From contig JAIPGN010000004.1 of assembly GCA_021735685.1 (NCBI GenBank), forward strand, positions 959 to 64,958: DNA of 64,000 nt, in the 5' to 3' direction. Position numbers and translations under genes: made by a program. This document shows, piece by piece, positions 17,901 through 25,493 of the stretch (its first letter is position 1; every line of letters starts with the position of its first letter). The stretch comes from Patescibacteria group bacterium. Lineage in GTDB: Bacteria; Patescibacteriota; Patescibacteriia; UBA2591; UBA6264. The notes under the pieces were generated by a model. The model did not search any database. It was not told the DNA's origin and saw nothing but the letters and a program-made list of their open reading frames with translations.

Positions 17901-20900
17901 ATGGACTCGAGAAAAGTTAACAGTTAATTGTTGTTCAAGCGATCAGGATTGTTATGATCCAGATGACGATAGCACTAATCGATGCGCAGGAAGTATTTGT
18001 GATGACACTTATGGAATTTGTACGCCAATAATTAATGATTTTAGCCCTTCAGCTGGAGATCTTGAAGATTGGGTAACTATTAATGGTTGTTGGTTTAATA
18101 ATTATAACCAAAGTTATAGTCAGGTTAGCTTTAACGAAGAAGTTGCTTCTATTCCTTTTGACCGCTGCACTAATTCAGCCTGGCAAAATGAGCAAATTAT
18201 TGCTGAAGTTCCGGCTGAGCAAGGGAACCCTTTTGGAAAGATTCAGGTTGTTTCCGCTCCCTATGGTATTAATTTTGAAGTTTTGTCAGATAGTAATTTT
18301 TTAGAAGGTGATTCTTATGTGGGAATTTGTAATTTAAGGCCAGACCACGGCCCGACTGGTTTAATTACCGCTTTAACCACTAATGATAATTTAGCTCCTA
18401 GAGTGGGCCAAGATGCTGTTCATTATGGCAATCAAAGAGCGATGGCTTATCCAGAGCCTGGTTGGAGTGTGGCCTTTAAAGAAATTCGTTCTCAATCTCC
18501 AACAACTTTGCCTTTAGGGGAAATTTTAGTGAAAGTTAAGCAAGGCGGCCTTGATAGTAATTATTTGTCTTTTAATGTTGATCCAACTGGAGGTCAACCG
18601 GGAGATTTATGCATTGAAGGCTGTGGTCCTCTTTGTGATCTTGGCGCTCAGTTTTGTGAAAATCCTTATTTTTGTTTGCAACGTACCAGTGGCACTTGCC
18701 AAGATTGTCGTTGCTGTTGCCAAATTAGTGATCCAGAATCTTGTGGCACTGAATTAGAGTGTTTGGCTGGACAGGGTAATTGTACTGGAACGGAAAGGGG
18801 ACTTTGTTGTGGTTGTGAAAATGATGTTCAATGCGGAAGTGCTGGTTGTGGATTTTTAGATTCTAATCGTTGTTGCTATGCGCATCCCAGCGCAGTTTTT
18901 AATGCTTGTTCAGCTACTGATTTTCCTCAATTGGTTGGTCTTAACGCTTCTTTTGCTTTAAGCTTTGATCAACCAATGGATCGAAACCGAATGAATAACG
19001 ATTATATTAAAATTTCTAAAGCTGGACTTTGCGGAAATGACTCAGGGGAATATGACCAAGACCAGGGGAGATGTTATTTAGAAGGAGACATAGTTAGCGT
19101 TAATTCTGAAAATAATAATTCTACTGTTTTTTATCCTGATTCCTGCCGTTTAAGCACGAATCAAGAATATAAATTGGAATTCATAAAAGGCGAGAATGGT
19201 GCGGGGATTAGGTCTTTTCAGGGGGTTTCGGCTACAGCCATTGGAACCGAAGCTTGTTCTTGGGATAATTCTTTGTCTTGCGCTAATTTTGTGATTGATA
19301 CGGCCACTCAAGAGCAAGGTGGTTTTTGTGCAATAGAAACTATTAATGTTGAGCCCCGCGATTTTATAATTAAAGGATTAAATAATACGCATAATTTTTT
19401 AGCTTTAGCTTTGGACGAAGATGATAGTCCGGTTTGCGTGTCTGGCTTTGATTGGGAAAGTGAGAATCAAAGTATAGCAGCTGTTCAGCCAACTTTAGGA
19501 TTAGGGACAACGGCTCGCTCCATTAATTATGGAGAAACTTTTATCAAGGCTAGTGCTGAAGGAATAAGCTGTAGTTTAAGTGGAGATCCTTATACTTGTA
19601 CCAAACTAAAAGTTACGCCTACGGATTTACCTCAGGTGGTTGAGCAACAGAGCTGTGAAATTTGTGATTTGGGAGGTCAGTCTCCTTCGCCTTGGAAAGA
19701 TTCAGAGGAAAATTGCCCGAATGCTCAAATAGTTGTTCGTTTTAATCGTTTCTTAGAGCTAACCACTATTAACGTTAGTAATATTTTGGTTAAAGAATTT
19801 AATCCTAATACTCAGACTTATGAAGATTTTGATTATCAATCTTTAGATAAAATTAACGAAAATTCAGAAACCATTATTTACATTGATGGACCATTAAGCG
19901 CTGACAAAAATTATCAAGTTATTTTAAAAAGTGGATTATCTAATGAGGTTGGCGGTTTAAAAGATTTAAGCGGTTTACCCTTAGATGGTAATAAAAATAA
20001 TATTCAAGATGCCTCTCCTTTAGATGATTATGTCTGGGAATTTAGCACTGGTGCAACCAATTGTGTTTTGAATCAAGTTTGCGTTAATCCTCGCCAAACC
20101 ACTCAAATTAATCATCCCGGAAATCAAGTTTATTATACTGACACTTATGCTTCTAATTGTAATTATTTAGAGGCTAGTAATTTTAACGGGAATTACGTCT
20201 GGGCCTTGATCAATCAGCAACCAGCTAATCCCTCACAAGAAGTAGCAGAATTTATTTCCAGCATTGATGATTGGCAATCAGAGTTGAGCTCAAAGCATTT
20301 AGGAGAGGCTGATGTTGAAGTTAGTATTAATTCTCATCCTCAAATCAATGATAATGGCCATTTAATTGTAACTACGGTTCCGAACATAGAGTCTAGTTTG
20401 CCACAAGGAAATGAAGTTTGTCGTAATAGCATTATTCAAATTGGTTTTGATCAAGTCATGGAAGACGATTCTTTAAATGCTGATAATTTAGAAGTTTGGA
20501 GAAAATATAATAGCGCCCAGACTGGTCTGAATTGCGAAGGTAACTGTGATGAGGTTCCTCCTGTTGGTAGCAATTATCCACAAAACTTTTTGGCTAGTTT
20601 ATATTATAAAATTAAAAATATTTTTTATCCTCAGGCAGAAGCAGCTCAATTTCCTTCTGAAGATTGTTGGTGTCAATGGCCGCTTTCGGGCATTTCTTCG
20701 AGCATAGATGAGAATAATAAAAGTTTAGCTCGTCTTGATGCTGGTTTATTAAACGGAGAAGCTCAATATAAAGTGGTAATTAAAAGTGGAGTAGAGAGTC
20801 AATATGGAATTGATTTAGGATTAAATGATGAATGGCAATTTACTACTGGAGAATTATGTGAATTAACAAGAGTGGAAATTAGCCCTAGGGATGTTTATTT

Positions 20901-22245
20901 TAATAGTGCTGGTCTTTTAGAGAATTTAGAGGCGCAAGCCTTTGACGATCAGGGTAATGAAATTTTTGGAGTAAATGGTTATGATTGGGATTGGGGTTGG
21001 CAATCATCTCAACAAACTGTTGTAAATGTTAACTCGGTTGCCGGAGAACCAGAAAAAGCGGAAATTATTTCAGGTAGACAAGAGGGTATCTCTGAAATTG
21101 TGGCTACAGCTCAGTTGAATGTAGGAGGAGAGCCTACTAACACTTTAGTTGATGATCAAATTTCAGCACGAGTCTCTATTTGTGAATATCCATGGGTTTA
21201 TTTTGATGGAGGGGGGGGCGAAGGAACCAATTTTAATTTATTTTATTGTCGCGATCAAGAGCCTCTCTTGCCAAAATTACTTTATAAGGGAGGAGAAGTG
21301 AGTCCTAGTGGCTGTGGAAATGGTATTTTGCAACCCCCTGAGGCTTGTGATCTTTATGTTGGGGTTCCGTCTCATGCTACTTGTTCTTTTAATTGTTTGA
21401 GCTGGGAATGTAACGCGGGTTATTACAAAGAAAACAATATATGTCTTCCTAATATTCCCTTAGCTCCCTCTAATCTAGAAGTTGAAGTTGATAGTGATTT
21501 TCCCGGAAGTCGACTTAATTTAACTTGGAATGATAATTCTGTTAACGAAGAATTTTTTAAGATTGAAAGAAAGTCTAGGGCTTCTAATTGGCAGTTAGTG
21601 GATGAAGTAGGAGCCAATATTACTTCTTATGTCGATTCTGATTTAGATCCAGCCACTAAATATTATTATCGAGTTCGAGCCGGAAATACTTCAGGTAATT
21701 CCTCCTATACTACGGAAAGTTGGGCAATTACCCTTTGTTTAAATAATCAATGTTATTTTAACCAAGCTTGCTATAACTCTGAGCAATGTCAACCTAATTC
21801 TACCCAAATGTGCTTAAATGGCGAATGGATAAATTCTTGCGGAGATGGAATTTTAAATTGTAATGAAATTTGCGATGGGGTTATTGGAAGTATTCCCGGA
21901 AATAATACTCATTGTCAAAATGATTGTTTAAACTGGATTTGTGATGTTGGCTATGGTGATTGTGACGGAAATTCTTCTAACGGATGTGAAATTAATTTAT
22001 TAAATAACAATAGTCATTGCGGAGAATGTAATCAACCTTGTGGCGCTAATCAAAGTTGTGAAAACGGCATTTGTGTTTGTGAAAACAATTATGGTGATTG
22101 TGACGGAAATTCTTCTAACGGATGTGAAATTAATTTATTAAATAACAATAGTCATTGCGGAGAATGTAATCATCAATGTTCTGATACTGATGAATGTGAA
22201 TTTGGGCATTGTGTCGAAATAGCCCCCGCCCCCCCAACTGATTAA
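14908..22245 (+). CDS. Giant (2445-aa) cell-surface protein. The N-terminal double-TM region resembles a type IV secretion pilin (VirB2/TrbC-like). It continues into Ig-like regions, Myxococcus-type CGDG...CD cysteine-rich repeats, one FN3 domain, and C-terminal GDCDGN..NGCE..HCGEC repeats.
   Basis: Single long ORF. The N-terminus VQWMTSGGNSEKIKKAKALLSAALIGLLIIILAYALVSFIV matches the ...YMTSAGNPEKVSKAKK..IGLIIIL.AY motif of T4SS pilins (from memory). FN3: LNLTWNDNS...YYYRVRAGNTSG. Cys repeats: CGNGILQPPEACD, CGDGILNCNEICDG. Confidence 0.85.
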   Translation: MFFSKNKISLIVFLIILPIFFLFILAPLSAQDLGSGIVEEAGSSAGLGEGSLPIVLGKIFKIVLSVLGLVALILAIVAGVQWMTSGGNSEKIKKAKALLSAALIGLLIIILAYALVSFIVNKLTGVSGGGGGCTPGSCCADGLRCDENGQCTIADLACSTTFPSENFLLSRGEANFDANNQVYLCSNIRAVFNHNIKSNTVSAALNADALKVVDTDDNDTVEGEWQVAGKFITFTPDEFWEENTSYEMVIPLTISDSNNKYLSGCSAGFLPNGNCASLASQVKWSFLTNDQPDDISPFIKNSYPVKDLTTPDRNVSRAPVLEIIFNENIDYTTIIDTNHVDYDADDQSTWHPIAGNFQLCKIANQSTECVVGNEYNNDNLKVSLTSQGFRISLLNAQWLEAFGWYEIKVDGIEDMCGNVMEQSEAWTFQANDSVPGVQEWWPQGNNVCPDAPIGLRFGTSMYEQEVSVEVINTVTNAIEFAGSIKPSNFPAGGDYRSNLTTGNGSLLVMDDNDDEISNQFKIFQLELNSNLTNDSEYTIEINTDLIIDVDNNTLGKDWSFEVTNLQDCACAPIIYQTLPAQGPRGSCVTVTGYCFNGTLERPATINGFWFDDGDNPDGEISAEIMSSTSNSLTTVIPADFGEPIDDVPDELSERIKIVYEDNGEEVNIPSANQFTVISNQLAQGPCIWRLAPNQGKVSTNFEIKGIRLGSEEGNNYVGMNSWADHLNIEGAWTNEEIDQVVVPAFSTAGERDVKVAVFNEAEGNYLFSNPAPFDVIFDQPEVREFGCNPPPNYSSPSPYKNTQDACTGIDLMVEFTKNMKAYGANGVLNVANYTIRNCGSEENYNPADCSSIYYSPTNANFYDSSQNIVQLSLASSLSTNTWYQVSIQGNVRSQEEVAMGEDYIWHFKTRDNDLCPVAQIDLTPQNSMITGCSGSQQYTAQPVASNCNFLTASNYTYSWLSSQTEVATVGSGQNYQNTAQAIGGGYAWIKVTEDDSQKWTREKLTVNCCSSDQDCYDPDDDSTNRCAGSICDDTYGICTPIINDFSPSAGDLEDWVTINGCWFNNYNQSYSQVSFNEEVASIPFDRCTNSAWQNEQIIAEVPAEQGNPFGKIQVVSAPYGINFEVLSDSNFLEGDSYVGICNLRPDHGPTGLITALTTNDNLAPRVGQDAVHYGNQRAMAYPEPGWSVAFKEIRSQSPTTLPLGEILVKVKQGGLDSNYLSFNVDPTGGQPGDLCIEGCGPLCDLGAQFCENPYFCLQRTSGTCQDCRCCCQISDPESCGTELECLAGQGNCTGTERGLCCGCENDVQCGSAGCGFLDSNRCCYAHPSAVFNACSATDFPQLVGLNASFALSFDQPMDRNRMNNDYIKISKAGLCGNDSGEYDQDQGRCYLEGDIVSVNSENNNSTVFYPDSCRLSTNQEYKLEFIKGENGAGIRSFQGVSATAIGTEACSWDNSLSCANFVIDTATQEQGGFCAIETINVEPRDFIIKGLNNTHNFLALALDEDDSPVCVSGFDWESENQSIAAVQPTLGLGTTARSINYGETFIKASAEGISCSLSGDPYTCTKLKVTPTDLPQVVEQQSCEICDLGGQSPSPWKDSEENCPNAQIVVRFNRFLELTTINVSNILVKEFNPNTQTYEDFDYQSLDKINENSETIIYIDGPLSADKNYQVILKSGLSNEVGGLKDLSGLPLDGNKNNIQDASPLDDYVWEFSTGATNCVLNQVCVNPRQTTQINHPGNQVYYTDTYASNCNYLEASNFNGNYVWALINQQPANPSQEVAEFISSIDDWQSELSSKHLGEADVEVSINSHPQINDNGHLIVTTVPNIESSLPQGNEVCRNSIIQIGFDQVMEDDSLNADNLEVWRKYNSAQTGLNCEGNCDEVPPVGSNYPQNFLASLYYKIKNIFYPQAEAAQFPSEDCWCQWPLSGISSSIDENNKSLARLDAGLLNGEAQYKVVIKSGVESQYGIDLGLNDEWQFTTGELCELTRVEISPRDVYFNSAGLLENLEAQAFDDQGNEIFGVNGYDWDWGWQSSQQTVVNVNSVAGEPEKAEIISGRQEGISEIVATAQLNVGGEPTNTLVDDQISARVSICEYPWVYFDGGGGEGTNFNLFYCRDQEPLLPKLLYKGGEVSPSGCGNGILQPPEACDLYVGVPSHATCSFNCLSWECNAGYYKENNICLPNIPLAPSNLEVEVDSDFPGSRLNLTWNDNSVNEEFFKIERKSRASNWQLVDEVGANITSYVDSDLDPATKYYYRVRAGNTSGNSSYTTESWAITLCLNNQCYFNQACYNSEQCQPNSTQMCLNGEWINSCGDGILNCNEICDGVIGSIPGNNTHCQNDCLNWICDVGYGDCDGNSSNGCEINLLNNNSHCGECNQPCGANQSCENGICVCENNYGDCDGNSSNGCEINLLNNNSHCGECNHQCSDTDECEFGHCVEIAPAPPTD
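21952..22170 (+). repeat. Perfect 81-bp tandem duplication with a 138-bp period (copies at 21952-22032 and 22090-22170), inside the giant gene
   Basis: The identical string TATGGTGATTGTGACGGAAATTCTTCTAACGGATGTGAAATTAATTTATTAAATAACAATAGTCATTGCGGAGAATGTAAT occurs twice. Each copy encodes YGDCDGNSSNGCEINLLNNNSHCGECN. Confidence 0.9.
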
Positions 22246-22281
22246 ACAAAATTTAAGCCTAAGAGATTTTAAAATTAATAA

Positions 22282-25200
22282 ATGTATATTAAGGTACAAA
22301 AAAATATGATTAGCCGAAAAAATATTAAAAATTTGATTTTCCTCGGCTTGCTAACTTTTTTAGCTGGAATTTTTTGGTTTAATTTGCAAACAGATTTAGT
22401 TCATGCTGATCAAGCGGGCTTGGTTAAAGAATTTTTGTTTACTGTTCAGGGATCATCCGGAGATGCTATTGGAGTTAAAATAATGGAAAATCCACAACGA
22501 TTGACTCCTTCAGCTTGGTATCAACAGAATGTTCAAAATCCGGGAAATCCCAGTATTTTTATGGTCGATGGTTATTATGCTTTACGAGAGGGAAGAACTG
22601 TTTATGTGGGAGCAACTAATGTCAGCGGAGTTTCAAATGAAAACATTTCTTCTTATATTTATATTATTTCTTATAACGAAGGAGCTTCTGCGGAAACTGT
22701 TAATATTTTTAATCAATTACTAGAGAAATTTACTTTTAACACTAATCTTACTAACGCTGATCAAAGAGGAGAGATTCAAAGAGATTTGTTTAGAATTTAT
22801 GATTTAGATCAAATTTCTAGTGAACTAGAATCTTACTATGGTCAGCATGGGTCTTACCCTCCTATATCTTCTGGTTCTTATTTGAAGGGGGAGACCTATA
22901 GTGCTTGGCCTTCTTGGCAATATACTTTTGGCCAAGCTTTGGGGAAATCTTTGCCGGTTGATCCTTTAAATCGTTTTTATGGATCTTGTGCTGGTTGTCC
23001 CGATAACCCTCAACAATCCAATTATCAGTGTGATGGGACTTGTTATAATCCTTTAAATAAAGAATTTGCCCATCCCAACAATTCACATGTTTATGGTTAT
23101 TATACGCCAACTGAAAATGATTGTAGTGGGCAAGGATATGAGTTGTCAGCTAATTTTGAATATTATCCTTTTTCGGCCACTCCTCCTTTGCCAGCAGTAA
23201 GATGGTTAGGGGATAATGAAATTCAAATTTCTTTGCCAGATATCCTTGGTAAAAATAATTATATTGTTTCTCAAGGATTGGGGGAATGTGGTGATCAGGT
23301 TTTAAATGCTTGTGAGGAGTGTGAAATTATTGACAGCAATATGGTTCCTTCTGGCAAAACTTGTGCCAGTTTAGGATTGGGCTCTGGGTCCTTGAGTTGT
23401 GTTGATTGTCATTGGGATGGTTGTGGTAAACTAAGTAATGGAGAAAATTGTTCTTTGGATGTTGAGTGTTCTTCTGGCTATTGCAGCCCAGATGGAGTTT
23501 GTTGTAATACAGCTTGTCAAGGTCTTTGTCAGTCTTGTAATCAGTCTGGTCAAGAAGGCACCTGTCTTTTGGTGCCATCTGGAGAGGACCCAGGAGACGT
23601 TTGTTCGGACACAGCTCCTTGTTTAACTGGTAACTGCGATGGCCTTGGAGCTTGTGAGCTAGAATCAAGTGGTACTTCTTGTGGTGATTGTCAGTATTGT
23701 TCAGTAAATGGACAATGCTTGCCAGTTCCTTTTGGAGAAGATTACAATAATCAGTGTTCAGAAGATTCTAGTAATTGTGAGGCTGGCTATTGCGATGGTT
23801 ACGGCTCTTGTACTTACTATCCCGCTGGTTTTATTTGTGGTGATTGTAGATATTGTAGTAGCGCTTACCCACCTGATTGTAATGTTGTCCCCGGAGGCAC
23901 TAATTGGGGTTTTAATTATTATTGTGATAATAATGGTAATTTTGCTTGTTATGTCAATTGGGGAAATTGTGACGGGGATTGGAATACAGGTTGCGGAACT
24001 AATCTTTTGCTTGATCCGGAAAATTGCGGAGAATGTGATAATTCTTGTAGCGATAATCAAACTTGTCAATCAGGAGAATGCGTTTGTTTGCCTGGATATG
24101 CGGATTGCAATGGTGATCCCAGTGATGGCTGTGAAGCTTCTCTAAATAGCACTGATCATTGTGGTTACTGTGGCAACGATTGTCCTTCGGGTTATGACTG
24201 CTTAAATGGATCTTGCTCTCGTCCTGGTTCTTGCGGAGACGGAATTGTTCAGCCTGATTTTGAAGATTGCGATCCTAACGAAGATCCTATTCTTTCTTGG
24301 AGTCCAGGATTAGGACAACACTGCAACGATGTTTGTGAGATTGTGATTGATTTGAATATTTTACAAAACTATCCAGGAACAACTAATGATATTGATTTAC
24401 CGTCCATTGTTAATGAGTATAAAAATGACTCTGAGTTTCAATTAGCAATGAGAGACGTTGTTGTTACGTCTCAATCTTTAAGTTATTTTAACGATGATCC
24501 CGATTTTTTTATTCCTTCGGGAAACAGATTGGAATATTATAATGTCCTGGTTTTTGGTTGGAAAGATTGCAATGGTTCCGAAGATTTAAGCCCAGAGGCA
24601 GCAGCAGCAGTTGACGATTTTATTGACCAAGGTGGTTCTGTTATTTTTGGACATGATACTATTTGGCAAGAAGCTAATTCTGTTTGCGGAGGAACACATA
24701 CTAATTTTAATACTCTAAAGCATCATGCCGGCATTGGAGAGCTTAATAATTTTTCTGGCGTTGATCTTTTTAATAATGTGGGAGCTAATTTTAATTTAGC
24801 TGGGGGAAAACTTTTTACCATTCCTTATGTTTTAGAAGAAGAATTCGATGTTCTTTCTACTCATTTAAGTGGTCAAGTTTTAGATCCAGACACTTGTGAA
24901 GCTCCTGAAGGACTCAAAGTTTGGTATTATGCTAAAATTGATGGTTCTTTGGATTATAATAAACCTTGGGCTAACACTTGCGGAAAAGTGGAGATGATTC
25001 AATTGGGGCACATTACCGGAGAACCAGAGGATATGGAGAAAAAAGCTTTAATTAATATGCTTTATTATGTCGCTACAGCTGGAACTGATGTAGCTAATAA
25101 TCCTTCTGGCGGAGGAGGCGCACTAGGCACTGGCATATTTGGTGATTCTTGTGAGAGTGATGATGATTGCAGTGGCGACTTAAATTTAATTTGTGGCTTA

Positions 25201-25380
25201 GATGATACTTGTGCTTGTGGTGATGATTGGGGGAATTGTAATGGTAATCCTGATGATGGTTGCGAGACAAATTTATTAACTACTTGGTTACATTGTGGGG
25301 CTTGCACAAATCAATGTGACCCTGACGAAGATTGTGTAGATGGAACATGTGAGGGAGGAGGCGGTGGTAACCAATGGTAA
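22282..25380 (+). CDS. Large (1032-aa) secreted Cys-rich protein with CGDG...CD (Myxococcus-type) and xDCNGxPxDGCE..L....HCG.C repeats
   Basis: N-terminal signal/TM. Repeats include NWGNCDGDWNTGCGTNLLLDPENCGECDNSC, GYADCNGDPSDGCEASLNSTDHCGYCGNDC and DWGNCNGNPDDGCETNLLTTWLHCGACTNQC. The repeat type matches the C-terminus of the giant gene. Confidence 0.8.
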   Translation: MYIKVQKNMISRKNIKNLIFLGLLTFLAGIFWFNLQTDLVHADQAGLVKEFLFTVQGSSGDAIGVKIMENPQRLTPSAWYQQNVQNPGNPSIFMVDGYYALREGRTVYVGATNVSGVSNENISSYIYIISYNEGASAETVNIFNQLLEKFTFNTNLTNADQRGEIQRDLFRIYDLDQISSELESYYGQHGSYPPISSGSYLKGETYSAWPSWQYTFGQALGKSLPVDPLNRFYGSCAGCPDNPQQSNYQCDGTCYNPLNKEFAHPNNSHVYGYYTPTENDCSGQGYELSANFEYYPFSATPPLPAVRWLGDNEIQISLPDILGKNNYIVSQGLGECGDQVLNACEECEIIDSNMVPSGKTCASLGLGSGSLSCVDCHWDGCGKLSNGENCSLDVECSSGYCSPDGVCCNTACQGLCQSCNQSGQEGTCLLVPSGEDPGDVCSDTAPCLTGNCDGLGACELESSGTSCGDCQYCSVNGQCLPVPFGEDYNNQCSEDSSNCEAGYCDGYGSCTYYPAGFICGDCRYCSSAYPPDCNVVPGGTNWGFNYYCDNNGNFACYVNWGNCDGDWNTGCGTNLLLDPENCGECDNSCSDNQTCQSGECVCLPGYADCNGDPSDGCEASLNSTDHCGYCGNDCPSGYDCLNGSCSRPGSCGDGIVQPDFEDCDPNEDPILSWSPGLGQHCNDVCEIVIDLNILQNYPGTTNDIDLPSIVNEYKNDSEFQLAMRDVVVTSQSLSYFNDDPDFFIPSGNRLEYYNVLVFGWKDCNGSEDLSPEAAAAVDDFIDQGGSVIFGHDTIWQEANSVCGGTHTNFNTLKHHAGIGELNNFSGVDLFNNVGANFNLAGGKLFTIPYVLEEEFDVLSTHLSGQVLDPDTCEAPEGLKVWYYAKIDGSLDYNKPWANTCGKVEMIQLGHITGEPEDMEKKALINMLYYVATAGTDVANNPSGGGGALGTGIFGDSCESDDDCSGDLNLICGLDDTCACGDDWGNCNGNPDDGCETNLLTTWLHCGACTNQCDPDEDCVDGTCEGGGGGNQW

Positions 25381-25493
25381 AATAATATCATCCAGAAACA
25401 GAACAGGTTGTTCAATTGTTTGTGGTTGTTAATCAAAAAATATGACTAAATTCAAAATTTATCAAAAGAATTAAAAATAATAATTAAAAAAAT

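Noticed and set aside
16095-23758. Short ORFs inside or antisense to the two giant surface-protein genes (16095-16358-, 16112-16318+, 18083-18304+, 18551-18757+, 21423-21617-, 22529-22723+, 22862-23110-, 23327-23668-, 23438-23626+, 23708-24145+, 23758-24069-)
   Set aside because: All are fully nested in long, continuous, repeat-supported coding frames. They are typical shadow ORFs.
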